From Candidatus Hecatella orcuttiae (GTDB taxonomy: Archaea; Thermoproteota; Bathyarchaeia; Hecatellales; Hecatellaceae): a DNA stretch of 64,000 nt. The position numbers were made by a program, and so were the translations under genes. The stretch covers positions 256,001 to 320,000 of the forward strand of contig MTLY02000001.1 in assembly GCA_002011035.2 (NCBI GenBank), given 5' to 3'. The notes beneath the pieces were generated by a model. The model did not search any database. It had not been told where the DNA came from and saw nothing but the letters and a program-made list of their open reading frames with translations. Below are positions 18,559 through 28,097 of the stretch, piece by piece; the stretch's first letter is position 1, and each line of letters begins with the position of its first letter.

Positions 18559-18732
18559 ATGAAAGTCAAATGCCCTGAATGCGGCGCGGAATTCGACGCT
18601 CCCGACGACGTGATAGTAGGGGAAATCGTCAGCTGCCCGGACTGCGGCTTAGAGCTTGAAGTCAGCAGCATCCAGTCTGGAAAAGTCGACGTTAAAATTG
18701 TCAGAATTTCCGGCGAAGACTGGGGGGAATGA
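18559..18732 (+). CDS. lysW: amino-group carrier protein LysW
   Basis: Not in the ORF track. MKVKCPECG...SCPDCG...SGEDWGE*: Zn ribbon plus the EDWGE C-terminus. Confidence 0.95.
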   Translation: MKVKCPECGAEFDAPDDVIVGEIVSCPDCGLELEVSSIQSGKVDVKIVRISGEDWGE

Positions 18733-18744
18733 TCAGTCACCTCC

Positions 18745-19590
18745 ATAGGCATCCTCTACGATCAGATCCGTTGGGAAGAAAAAGCCATAATCGAAACCGC
18801 CAAGTCTAGGGGAACACCTGTTAAGCTCTTAGACTCGAAATCGATGTTCTTCGAACTGGGAGCCCGGGAGCGCGGAGGAGAAAAATTCGCCGACATAATT
18901 CTCCAACGCTGCGTAAGCTATTTCAGAAACCTTCACCTCACCGCCCTCCTAGAGAAAAGAGGCTACACAGTCGTTAACCCTTACAAGGTTACCCAGCTCT
19001 GCGGCAACAAGCTTCTGACAACCCTCGCCTTGACAAAGGCTAAGATACCGACCCCTAAAACCTACGTAGCCTTCACCAAAGAGAGCGCGTTGGAAGCCTT
19101 GGATAAAATGGGCTACCCGGCGATGTTGAAGCCTGTGGTGGGAAGCTGGGGGAGACTCATCATCCCCTTGAAGGACAGGGAGACAGCGGGAGCCGTCTTG
19201 GAGGAAAGGGAGTACATGTTCCCCCTCTACCAAGTTTACTACCTTCAGGAAATGGTCAAAAGGCCGCCGAGGGACATCAGGGTCTTCGTCATCGGAGACG
19301 AGGCAGTGACAGGCATCTACCGTTATTCCTTCTTGGACATCAAGACCAACATCGCCCGGGGAGGAAAAGCTGAACCTTGCCGCATAACTCCTGAGCTTCA
19401 AGAGCTAAGCCTCAAGGCAGCGGAGGCTGTGGGCAGCGGAATTCTCGGAGTTGACATGATGGAAACCGATGAGGGAATCGTGGTACATGAAATTAACCAC
19501 ACCATCGAATTTCAGGCAACCGCCACGGTGACGAAGGTCAACATACCTAAATACATCGTAGGCTATTTGCTTAGAAAAGCCAGAAAATAG
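18745..19590 (+). CDS. lysX: LysW ligase (RimK/ATP-grasp; LysX/ArgX type); start codon unresolved
   Basis: The in-frame upstream extension reads IGILYDQIRWEEKA; also LQRCVS, CGNKL, KPVVGSWGR, RDIRVFVIG, TNIARGG, HEINHTIEF. Confidence 0.9.
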   Translation: MGILYDQIRWEEKAIIETAKSRGTPVKLLDSKSMFFELGARERGGEKFADIILQRCVSYFRNLHLTALLEKRGYTVVNPYKVTQLCGNKLLTTLALTKAKIPTPKTYVAFTKESALEALDKMGYPAMLKPVVGSWGRLIIPLKDRETAGAVLEEREYMFPLYQVYYLQEMVKRPPRDIRVFVIGDEAVTGIYRYSFLDIKTNIARGGKAEPCRITPELQELSLKAAEAVGSGILGVDMMETDEGIVVHEINHTIEFQATATVTKVNIPKYIVGYLLRKARK

Positions 19591-19611
19591 CTGCAGGCGA
19601 GGGCTCAGCCT

Positions 19612-20670
19612 ATGCTTCGAGTAGGCGTCATCGGAGGCTCAGGTTACACCGGAGGAGAACTTCTCAGGCTGCTTTTGGGCCACCCCCAAGTTGAAATAGC
19701 TCAGACAACCTCCAGAGAATACGGCGGCGAATACGTTTTCCGAGTTCACCCCAACCTCAGAGGGCTGACCAGCCTCCAGTTCGCCAAACCAGACTTGGAG
19801 AAGACGGTGAAGGAATGCGACCTTGTCTTCACGGCGACCCCCCACGGAGTTTCCTCCAAGCTTGTTCCCCGGCTGCTGGAGGCGGGGTTGAAGGTGATAG
19901 ACTTGAGCGCAGATTTCAGGCTGAAGAATCCTGAGGGCTACCCCCAATGGTACGGCTGGAGTCACCCTCACCCCGAACTGCTTCAGAAAGCCGTCTACGG
20001 CGTTCCTGAACTTCACCGGAGCGACATAGGGAAAGCTCAGCTTGTCGCTTGCCCGGGCTGCATGGCTGTGGCCAGCATTCTGGCTTTAGCCCCAGCGGCC
20101 AAAGAAAGGCTTTTCGAAGAGGACAAGGTTGTGGTCGACGTTAAGATCGGGTCTTCAGGAGCCGGAGCCAAACCCTCCCGGTCAACCCACCATGCTGAGA
20201 GAGCCGGCGTCATCCGGCCTTACAAGCCCACAGGTCACAGGCATACGGCGGAGATCGAGCAGGAGTTGAACTGGGTTGCAGGCTCCGGGGCGGTGAAGAT
20301 TTCCATGTCCGCCCACGCCGTCAACGTTGTGAGAGGCATCCTCGCCACCGCGCATCTTTTCCTGAAAGAGAAGATAGGGCTGGCGGAGGTTTGGAAAGCC
20401 TACCGGGGGTTCTACCAGAACGAGCCCTTCATCCGCTTGGTCAGGGATAAGAAAGGCCTCTACAAGCTTCCCGACCCCAAAACCGTCATCGGCTCCAACT
20501 TCTGCGATATAGGCTTCGACTTGGATAAGCATGTCAACAGGCTGGTGGTCTTGGGGGCTATCGACAACCTGATGAAGGGAGCCGCCGGCATAGCCGTTCA
20601 AAACCTTAACCTGATGATGGGCTGGGATGAAAGAACCGGGTTACTGCCGCCTGCCCTCTACCCTGTCTGA
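19612..20670 (+). CDS. lysY: LysW-gamma-aminoadipyl/glutamyl-phosphate reductase (ArgC family)
   Basis: GGSGYTGGELLRLL, DLSADFR, ACPGC, GSSGAG, HRHTAEI, DNLMKGAAG. Confidence 0.93.
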   Translation: MLRVGVIGGSGYTGGELLRLLLGHPQVEIAQTTSREYGGEYVFRVHPNLRGLTSLQFAKPDLEKTVKECDLVFTATPHGVSSKLVPRLLEAGLKVIDLSADFRLKNPEGYPQWYGWSHPHPELLQKAVYGVPELHRSDIGKAQLVACPGCMAVASILALAPAAKERLFEEDKVVVDVKIGSSGAGAKPSRSTHHAERAGVIRPYKPTGHRHTAEIEQELNWVAGSGAVKISMSAHAVNVVRGILATAHLFLKEKIGLAEVWKAYRGFYQNEPFIRLVRDKKGLYKLPDPKTVIGSNFCDIGFDLDKHVNRLVVLGAIDNLMKGAAGIAVQNLNLMMGWDERTGLLPPALYPV

Positions 20671-20801
20671 CGGCTTCCCTACCCTGCTCCCGGTCATTTT
20701 TGCCTCGAGGTTGAAGGCTGAGTTTTCAGCTATAGGTTTAAGAAGACGGCTTCATTTTGTTCTGGTTCATGAAGAAGAAGGGTTCCTACCGCGGCAATGC
20801 A

Positions 20802-21383
20802 ATGGATAGACTAGTGAGGATAGCTGAGGAGGGGGGAGCCGCGGAGGTCAAGGTCATCAACGCCAAGGACATCGTTGTGGATAAGAGGGTTAGGATGAAA
20901 TGTGCCATTCCCCCATGCAACCAGTACGGGAAAAACCTGATGTGCCCGCCTTACGTCATGTCCGTGGAAGAGTTCACCCAAATCCTCGGTAAATACAGAA
21001 AAGCCTTGCTGGTTCAGCTTGAAACTAACACCGACTCCTCAGACAAAGCGGACGCGCCCCTCACAGGAGAGCTTATAGAAACGCTAGAGGAAAAAACAGG
21101 CCTAGCAGAATGGTCGCTGAAGCTCCATAGGCTGATAAACCTCCTTGAAACCGAAGCTTTCAAGCTAGGGTTCCCCTTCGCCACAGGCTTCACTTGCGGA
21201 CACTGCCGCCTCTGTGAAGAATGCGTGCCCCCCGGGAACCCTTGCCGAAAACCCTTTGAGGCTAGGCCTTCCATGGAGGCCATGGGCATCGACGTCTCCA
21301 AGACCTGTGAAAAAGCTGGCATTCCGGTTTCCTTTTCTTCAAACCGAGCCATAAAGTTGACAGGGCTGGTCTTGCTTTATTAG
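20802..21383 (+). CDS. DUF2284-type predicted metal-binding protein
   Basis: VRMKCAIPPCNQYGKNLMCPP, CGHCRLCEEC, CRKPFEARPSMEAMGIDV. Confidence 0.8.
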   Translation: MDRLVRIAEEGGAAEVKVINAKDIVVDKRVRMKCAIPPCNQYGKNLMCPPYVMSVEEFTQILGKYRKALLVQLETNTDSSDKADAPLTGELIETLEEKTGLAEWSLKLHRLINLLETEAFKLGFPFATGFTCGHCRLCEECVPPGNPCRKPFEARPSMEAMGIDVSKTCEKAGIPVSFSSNRAIKLTGLVLLY

Positions 21384-21477
21384 CTGCGAAGCTTCTGACT
21401 GAAAGCTAAAATACGCCTTCAGACTTTTCTAAAAGGAACCGCGAATTACCAGCGACGGTTCTCAGGAAGGTTTCAGA

Positions 21478-22296
21478 TTGGCTGACAGGTTCCTTGTGGT
21501 AAAGGTGGGGGGCAGCCTTCTCAAATCAGGTTTTCCTCCCACGCTACTGAAAGACCTGAAAAGCGCGGCCCTAAACCATCGGCTCACCCTCGTCCACGGA
21601 GGGGCGGCTCTGGTTACGGAGACCGCCCAGAAGATGGGGAAAGAGCAGAAGTTCATCGTTTCTCCCGATGGAATGAAAAGCAGGTACACCGACAGGGAGA
21701 CCATGGAAGTCTACACCATGGTCATGGCGGGTAAAATCAACAAGCAGGTCGTGGCTTTTCTGCAGAGCGGAGGGGTTAACGCCATAGGCCTCAGCGGGGC
21801 GGACGGCCAGCTTCTCAGAGCTTCCAGAAAGAAAAAACTCATCATCTTGGATGAAAGGGGAAGAAAAGTGGCTATTGAAGGCGGCTACACGGGGAAAATC
21901 GAAGAGGTGAACCCCCAGCCTCTCCGCTGCCTGATGGACTTGGGCTACATGCCTGTGGTGGCCCCCATAGCCGTGGACGATGAGTTCCAGCTTCTAAACG
22001 TAGACAGCGACAGGGCTGCCGCCTACATAGCCAAAGCCCTGAAGGCTGACTGCCTCATCCTCTGCACCGATGTGGAGGGACTTATCCTCAACGGCGCTCT
22101 CGTCAAAAGGCTGAAGCTGGAAGAGGCTCGGGAAAACCTCCCCAAGATCGGGCATGGTATGAGAAAGAAGATTTACGCTGCGGTGGAAGCCTTAGAAGGA
22201 GGCGTCAGAGAAGTGGTGGTGACGAAGGGCGCCTTGGAAACCCCCCTAACCTCAGCTTTAAACCATGAGGCGGGAACCCTCATTGTCCCTCAGTAG
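21478..22296 (+). CDS. lysZ: LysW-aminoadipate/glutamate kinase
   Basis: VVKVGG, VHGG, SRYTD, AIGLSGADG, GGYTGKI, NVDSDRAA, GMRKK. Confidence 0.93.
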   Translation: MADRFLVVKVGGSLLKSGFPPTLLKDLKSAALNHRLTLVHGGAALVTETAQKMGKEQKFIVSPDGMKSRYTDRETMEVYTMVMAGKINKQVVAFLQSGGVNAIGLSGADGQLLRASRKKKLIILDERGRKVAIEGGYTGKIEEVNPQPLRCLMDLGYMPVVAPIAVDDEFQLLNVDSDRAAAYIAKALKADCLILCTDVEGLILNGALVKRLKLEEARENLPKIGHGMRKKIYAAVEALEGGVREVVVTKGALETPLTSALNHEAGTLIVPQ

Positions 22297-23485
22297 AGAT
22301 GAGATAATCCGCTGGGAAAACAGCCAGCTGGCCGACGTCTACCACCGGAGAAACCTCGCCGTAGTCCGGGGTAAGGACGCCCTCATCTGGGATGCGGATG
22401 GAAAGCAGTACATCGACTGCATGGCCGGCTTCGGCGCTGCTTTCATAGGCCACTGCAACGAAAAAGTGGTAAAGGCCCTTCAAACCCAAGCTGAGAAACT
22501 CATAGCATGCCACGGGTCCCTCTACAGTGAGGCTAGAGCTCAGCTTCTCCGAAAATTGGCCTCCATAGCTCCGAAGGGGTTGGACAAAGTTTTTCTGTCC
22601 AACAGCGGCTCCGAAGCCGTGGAGCTGGCTTTAAAGGTTTCAAGAAAGTTCACGGGAAAGAAAGAGTTCATAGCCATGATGAGAAGCTACCATGGGAAAA
22701 CCATGGGCTCCCTCTCCGTCACCTGGAACGCCAAATACCGAGCTCCCTTCGAGCCGCTCATTCCCCAGGTGAAATTTGTTCCCTATGGGCGGTCGGAGGA
22801 AGTCAGGAAAGCCCTGACGGCTGACACAGCCGCCATCATCGTGGAGCCAGTTCAGGGAGAAGGCGGAGTCTACGTGGCTCCGGAAGGCTACCTGAAGGAA
22901 CTCAGGGAGCTGGCCGACCGCCAAGGGGCACTGCTGATCTTCGATGAAATTCAAACAGGCTTCGGGAGAACTGGAAAGATGTTCGCCCTCGAACACTGGA
23001 ATGTCACCCCCGACATCCTGTGTCTGGCAAAGGCAGCGGGCAGCGGTGTCCCCATAGGCATCACCCTAGCTGGCGAGGAGGTCATGGGCTCGCTGAAGAT
23101 AGGGGAACACTCCGCCACCTTTGGGGGAAACCCCCTCTCCTGCATTGCAACCGTCGCCACCATCGACGTGCTGGTGGAAGGACGACTCTGGGAGGCAGCA
23201 GCTCGCTTAGGGAAGCACTTCTCAAGCCGTCTAAGAGAGCTGGGTGAAAGACATAGAATTGTAAGGGAGGTCCGAGGCTTAGGCTTGATGCTGGGGATGG
23301 AGCTTCGCTTCGACGTCTTGGACATCCTTAACAAGATGCTGGAGAAGGGGGTTCTGATAATGAACGCGGGGGTGAAGACTCTCCGTTTTCTCCCTCCCTG
23401 CGTAATCTCCCCAAGCCAATTGGATACCGTCGTCGAGAAGCTGGAAGAATGTCTGAGGGAAAAAGAAGCATCCATAGCTAGATAA
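22265..23485 (+). CDS. lysJ: LysW-lysine/ornithine aminotransferase (class III)
   Basis: SNSGSEAVE, YHGKT, EPVQGEGG, FDEIQTGFGRTG, LAKA, TFGGNP; true start is probably slightly downstream. Confidence 0.9.
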   Translation: MRREPSLSLSRDEIIRWENSQLADVYHRRNLAVVRGKDALIWDADGKQYIDCMAGFGAAFIGHCNEKVVKALQTQAEKLIACHGSLYSEARAQLLRKLASIAPKGLDKVFLSNSGSEAVELALKVSRKFTGKKEFIAMMRSYHGKTMGSLSVTWNAKYRAPFEPLIPQVKFVPYGRSEEVRKALTADTAAIIVEPVQGEGGVYVAPEGYLKELRELADRQGALLIFDEIQTGFGRTGKMFALEHWNVTPDILCLAKAAGSGVPIGITLAGEEVMGSLKIGEHSATFGGNPLSCIATVATIDVLVEGRLWEAAARLGKHFSSRLRELGERHRIVREVRGLGLMLGMELRFDVLDILNKMLEKGVLIMNAGVKTLRFLPPCVISPSQLDTVVEKLEECLREKEASIAR

Positions 23486-23507
23486 ACGTGAAAGGAGGTG
23501 CAGTAGA

Positions 23508-23669
23508 ATGGAGGAAGTGAAAGTTCTGCTTCAAATCGACGGGAAGATCGTGCCTCTCAACCGGTTCGCCCAGCGGATATTTCAAACCACTTTGGAAGGG
23601 ATGGTCTCAGCCCTGAAAGGCATACCCCCTGCCTACCGGGAGCTGTCCCTCTCGATTAAAAAGAAGTAA
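23508..23669 (+). CDS. small 53-aa protein resembling the C-terminal domain of archaeal MobB-like proteins
   Basis: Strong SD AAAGGAGGTG; MEEVKVLLQIDGKIVPLNRFAQRIFQTTLEGMVSALKGIP...; shorter than the ORF-track cutoff. Confidence 0.7.
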   Translation: MEEVKVLLQIDGKIVPLNRFAQRIFQTTLEGMVSALKGIPPAYRELSLSIKKK

Positions 23670-23677
23670 AACAGCCT

Positions 23678-24460
23678 TCAGATGAAAAGATCGTATTTTG
23701 CAGGCCTGACCAACTCGCCGGCTCCCGCGTCCTCACTTTCTTGGTAAGGGTATCCTCGGATAACCACTACCGGCAACGCCTCAGCCGCTTCGCCCATGAG
23801 TAGCTCTCCCGCCGAGGCCAGCTCATCGGCTACGGCTATCTCCTTCACCTTCAACGTGTAGCCGAACAGGTCTTTTTCTCCCTTTCTGTCGTGGATGGGC
23901 CTCAGGCCCGCAACGCCTATGGCGACATTGACTTGCCCCATCCTGAAGGGCCTTCCAAACGTGTCTGTTATAATCACAGCCAGCTTTTTCCCGGACAGTT
24001 TCATGAGCTGCTCTCTCAATTTTCTGGCAGAAGCATCTGGGTCTCTGGGAAGAGTTGCCACCGCGTCTCCGCCGGAAACATTGGAGAGGTCGACGCCTGA
24101 GTTGGCGCATATGAGGCCGTGGCGTGTTTGGGTGATGAGGTGGCCTCTGCGAAACCTTACAATGCTTTTAGCCTCTTGGAGGATGATTTCCGCCATCCCC
24201 ACTGGTTTTTGAATCCGCTCAGCCACGATTTCAGCCATGGCGCTGGGTTTCACGGATTTTAATCTCACCACGGAGCCTTCAGCCTTGGAGATGACGACTT
24301 GAGCGACGACGATGATGTCCCCGTCTTCAAGACGTATTCGCTGCTTTTTTGCGGTCTTCCAAATAAGCGCGGCCACGTCGTCCCCAGGTTTGACTAGAGG
24401 CATGCCGGGGATGGGGATTATCTCGATTTTCCGGGGGGACGGCATAGGCAAACCTGTCAA
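23678..24460 (-). CDS. cofE: coenzyme F420-0:gamma-glutamyl ligase
   Basis: PLVKPGDD, ISKAEG, CANSGVDLSN, LPRDPDASA, ITDTFGRPFR, ADELASA. Confidence 0.92.
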   Translation of the reverse strand: MTGLPMPSPRKIEIIPIPGMPLVKPGDDVAALIWKTAKKQRIRLEDGDIIVVAQVVISKAEGSVVRLKSVKPSAMAEIVAERIQKPVGMAEIILQEAKSIVRFRRGHLITQTRHGLICANSGVDLSNVSGGDAVATLPRDPDASARKLREQLMKLSGKKLAVIITDTFGRPFRMGQVNVAIGVAGLRPIHDRKGEKDLFGYTLKVKEIAVADELASAGELLMGEAAEALPVVVIRGYPYQESEDAGAGELVRPAKYDLFI

Positions 24461-24470
24461 CTTCCCTTTT

Positions 24471-27149
24471 TTAGAAGTTTAAAAACGACTCTAGTTTGGA
24501 GATGCCTATGATCTCTTCGAAGCTGATGTCCAAGGCGTCCAAGACTTGTTCGAAGGTGGTTTGAATGTGCTCCACATATTTGTTGACGTCGATTTCTTCC
24601 AGGGAAGCTTGGGATAACAGTTTAACCCATGGGTCTTTTCTCACTTTCACATACCTCACCACGGAGCCGGCTCCGATTTTTTCTTGGTCCTCCTTGGAGA
24701 GCTCCCTCAAAGCTTTCACATGCTGAGGGGTTGTTTTCTCATAGTCCTCCAAGCTCTTACCCAAGACGACGGTGAAGGCTAGGTCTTCCAAAGAATATTC
24801 CTTGCTCTTCAGCCGGCTGTAGCATTCTTTGACGATCCCCTTGATCTTCTCTTTGGCGTTGAAGAAGGCGTCCTCGGTTTCCACTTGGCTGAGGATGTTA
24901 ACCATGTCGGCGAAGGCCTTCTTCAAAAACTCCGGAGTGTTCCTCTTCTTCCCGGTTAAGCCTTTTATGTCAACGTTTCCCGTGGGGTAAACTCCGATGT
25001 AGTTTTTCTTCCGGGTGGAGAAGACGGTATACCGGTAAACTTTGTCCACATCCAAATCCATGCCCAAGTTATCTTTAGACCATTCGATGAGCTGGCGGAT
25101 TTGGGCTTCGGAAGGGTTTTTCAGAAAAACCGAGTCCGTGTCTCCGTAGATAACTTCAATGCCCAAGTCCTGAGCTTTTTCTATCACCTCCTGAATGGCA
25201 TACCTCCCCACGCTGGCCGTGGCTTCCGCTACAGGAGGGCAGTAAAGGACAAAGTGCTCGGCTCCGAAGACCCCGTAGGCAGCGTTCAAGATTACCTTCA
25301 GAGTCCTTTGGACAGCAGAATACCATGAACGGACTTCCGGCGGCACCGAAGGGTCTTTGGCTTTGCTCTTGTACCATCGAACTCGGAGGTCTCGGAGGGA
25401 GCCTATTAGGAGGCTGGTCAGCCCTCTTTTCTTCGTGCATACCCAGTGGGTTGTTTCCGGGATAAGGTTTCTCTTACATTCTTCATGGGGACATCGGACG
25501 GTTTCATAGGAGAGGTTCCACCTTTTGATGATGCTGGGGTACAGGCTGCTGAAGTCGAGAACGATGACGTTGAAGTTAACCCCAGCCCTCGGCTCGATGA
25601 CCACAGCGCCCCGGTATTTCTTTCCCTTGATGATGGAATGGGTTGCAGTGACGCCTTTCTCCGCGAGGATTTCCTTGGAAGTGGGGATGAGAATTCCCCG
25701 CCTCCTATGCTCACTGTACACCATGCTCCTTATCCAATTAGAAACTCCCTGCCGGGACACATCCTCCAAAGGCATCTTAGCGATTCTCGAAAGAGCGATG
25801 ATCAACTTCAAAACCAAGTTATCATCCAAAGCCGCCAGCTGGTAGGTTAGCTCCGAATCCCTGAGACAGTAGGCAGCCAACTCCATGTAGGAGAGCCGGG
25901 AAACATCCCTGTCCAACCCCAGCTTACCCAAGCCTAGGAGGGAAGAGGCTACCTCTTGGAGAGTTATCTCCCTGTACTTCTGGTCGAAAGCGTAAACCTG
26001 AATCGACCTGTTGAAGAAAAACCTGTAGAGGTCAAGGTGGATGCTCAGCCGGAGGAGGGCGGATTCCCTCCCCAGCTCAATGGGGATATCCTCCCTCGCA
26101 AAGCCCAGCCTCTCAGCTCGGTGATGAAGATACCGGAGGTCAAAGTCATCTCCGTTGAAAGTCAAAACAATAGGGTAGTCGGTGAGGATCTCAAACAGCT
26201 GCCTGAGAAGCTCTTTTTCGTCATCGTACCATTCAACCCTAGCCTCCGAGGGAAGCTCCGCTGAACCTTCGGAGACGACTCCCCTCCGAAGCAGCAGAAC
26301 TCTTTTAACAGAGTCGGAAGCCACTAAGGAGGCACAAATGACCCTGTATAGGGCTTCTTGCGGGCTGGGAACCCTGTCCAGGGTAGGGGACTCTACCTCG
26401 ATGTCCAAGGCAGCGTACCTCAGCTTGGGAACAGGGCATTCCAGTAGCCTCGCCCAGTTTTTGATGTACTCAAAAAACTCCGGAGACTCGCCTGCGAAGG
26501 CCGCTTCCACTTCGCTGAGGCTGGAGGACAGCCTCGATTCTAAGGGTATGATCTCCTCTTCCCTGATGGCGTAAGGCATCCCTACCTCCAAGTTTCGATC
26601 GTAGAGGTAGTTTTCATAGTATTTTATGTCAGCCTCCCAAACCTTCACCGAAGCGTCCTCCGGCTTCCACCGGGGGATGATGTCCCTGATGCACCCCGAA
26701 GGCCTGCCTCCGATGGCCAAGGGGTCTCGGGCGACGATCCGGGTCACCACCACTCGCCGGTCGATTAGAGGGTCCAGCTTCTCCACCTGCTCAAAGCCCT
26801 CCAACCCTTCATGGGCCATGAGCTCAGGGATATTCTTCAACTCCTCAGGCCGGAGGCTTGTCAGGCAGTAGGGCTTGTGGCCGGTGTTATCGTACCAAAA
26901 ATAAAGCTGCTCATCGGAGGGGCTGTAAAACTTCAGAACCGCGCAACGTTTATCACCGTCGTAGGTGGCTGAAAGAAGGTAGGCCTCAGCCAGATCTGAG
27001 GCTGGGGCAAGCCTTTCAGCCATATGCTTCCTAATTTTCTCCCGCCAAGCTTCCATATCCCCGGTTTTAGGGGTTTCAGGGGCTTGCGGCTTTTCCTCAG
27101 GCTTCCCCAAGTAGTCTTCTAAGGTTTTTTCCTGCATCTTCCCAGTCAC
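24471..27149 (-). CDS. polB1: family B DNA polymerase, crenarchaeal PolB1 type
   Basis: Exonuclease motifs LDIEV, FNGDDFD, YCLRD; polymerase motifs DFSSLYPSII, KVILNAAYGVFG, YGDTDS; no intein-sized insertion. Confidence 0.95.
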   Translation of the reverse strand: MTGKMQEKTLEDYLGKPEEKPQAPETPKTGDMEAWREKIRKHMAERLAPASDLAEAYLLSATYDGDKRCAVLKFYSPSDEQLYFWYDNTGHKPYCLTSLRPEELKNIPELMAHEGLEGFEQVEKLDPLIDRRVVVTRIVARDPLAIGGRPSGCIRDIIPRWKPEDASVKVWEADIKYYENYLYDRNLEVGMPYAIREEEIIPLESRLSSSLSEVEAAFAGESPEFFEYIKNWARLLECPVPKLRYAALDIEVESPTLDRVPSPQEALYRVICASLVASDSVKRVLLLRRGVVSEGSAELPSEARVEWYDDEKELLRQLFEILTDYPIVLTFNGDDFDLRYLHHRAERLGFAREDIPIELGRESALLRLSIHLDLYRFFFNRSIQVYAFDQKYREITLQEVASSLLGLGKLGLDRDVSRLSYMELAAYCLRDSELTYQLAALDDNLVLKLIIALSRIAKMPLEDVSRQGVSNWIRSMVYSEHRRRGILIPTSKEILAEKGVTATHSIIKGKKYRGAVVIEPRAGVNFNVIVLDFSSLYPSIIKRWNLSYETVRCPHEECKRNLIPETTHWVCTKKRGLTSLLIGSLRDLRVRWYKSKAKDPSVPPEVRSWYSAVQRTLKVILNAAYGVFGAEHFVLYCPPVAEATASVGRYAIQEVIEKAQDLGIEVIYGDTDSVFLKNPSEAQIRQLIEWSKDNLGMDLDVDKVYRYTVFSTRKKNYIGVYPTGNVDIKGLTGKKRNTPEFLKKAFADMVNILSQVETEDAFFNAKEKIKGIVKECYSRLKSKEYSLEDLAFTVVLGKSLEDYEKTTPQHVKALRELSKEDQEKIGAGSVVRYVKVRKDPWVKLLSQASLEEIDVNKYVEHIQTTFEQVLDALDISFEEIIGISKLESFLNF

Positions 27150-27203
27150 TTCACTGGTCGAAGGCGATGATTAATAAGTTTTTGCTGCCCCACGGCCACT
27201 CAG

Positions 27204-28097
27204 TCAATCAAACTTTTTCGCCTCCAGCAAGCACAAGGCTTCAAATATTATCTTCGCACCAAGGACGGCTGTGATGCCGCTGTCGTATCTTGGGGCTATT
27301 TCAACCAAGTCGAAGCCTTTCGCTTTCCCGTTTACCACCCCCCTCAGAATCTCCAAGAGAAGATGGGAGTTCAGCCCCTCCGGCTCAGGGTTTCCGACGG
27401 CGGGAGCGAAAGCAGGGTCCAATACGTCCATGTCGACGGTGAAGTAGGAGGACTTGAAGCTTCGGAGAAAATCCCTGATGTTTCCAGCAGCCCAAGCGGA
27501 GCCTTGGCTGAGGATCTGGTCGGAAGTCAGGTATCTGATTTTCCGGCTTTCCACGTAAGCCAAGTCCTCCTTGCACACCGCCCTGACACCTGCGAAAATA
27601 ATTCTATCAGGCCCTATTTTCTCCGCCAGTCTCCTCATGAAGGTGGTGTGGGAAAATTTTTTCCCCTCATACTCGTCTCGAAGGTCGAAGTGAGCGTCAA
27701 AAGAAACTATTCCCGTATCCTTGGGCAAGGATTCGACTGCTGAAAAAGTTAGGGTATGCTCTCCACCTAAGACCACCGGCTTCTTCCCAGCTTGAAAAAT
27801 CCTTGAAACCACTTCCTTCAGATTCGAAAAGGATTCAGCCACATCTTCAGAGACAGCCACGTCGCCAGCGTCGTGGATTTTAAGGTCCTCTAAGAAGACC
27901 CGGGTTCGGAGGCTGTAGGTTTCGATGTTGAGGGAGGCCTCCCTCAGAGCATTAGGTCCCTCCCGCGCCCCAAAACGGTAAGTGCTGGTGAGGTCGAAGG
28001 GAAACCCCACAACGACGTAATCGGCTTCGGAGAAAGGAAGCGACAGACCGGAAAAGGGGGAGGGCGGAGATGTTAAGAGGGTCTTTTTCCAGTTCAC
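27204..28097 (-). CDS. speB: agmatinase (ureohydrolase)
   Basis: GGEHT, FDAHFD, SHTT, DMDVLDPAFAPAVGNPEPEG, DLVE. Confidence 0.92.
   Translation of the reverse strand: MNWKKTLLTSPPSPFSGLSLPFSEADYVVVGFPFDLTSTYRFGAREGPNALREASLNIETYSLRTRVFLEDLKIHDAGDVAVSEDVAESFSNLKEVVSRIFQAGKKPVVLGGEHTLTFSAVESLPKDTGIVSFDAHFDLRDEYEGKKFSHTTFMRRLAEKIGPDRIIFAGVRAVCKEDLAYVESRKIRYLTSDQILSQGSAWAAGNIRDFLRSFKSSYFTVDMDVLDPAFAPAVGNPEPEGLNSHLLLEILRGVVNGKAKGFDLVEIAPRYDSGITAVLGAKIIFEALCLLEAKKFD

Noticed and set aside
18729-18809. His-rich off-frame peptide MISHLHRH... at the lysX start
   Set aside because: The CAT codons arise from C-ending codons followed by Ile codons in the real frame, and His sensing has no obvious logic for a lys operon.
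24471-27149. Possible intein or inactivated polymerase
   Set aside because: The length is normal, and all exonuclease and polymerase motifs are contiguous and intact.
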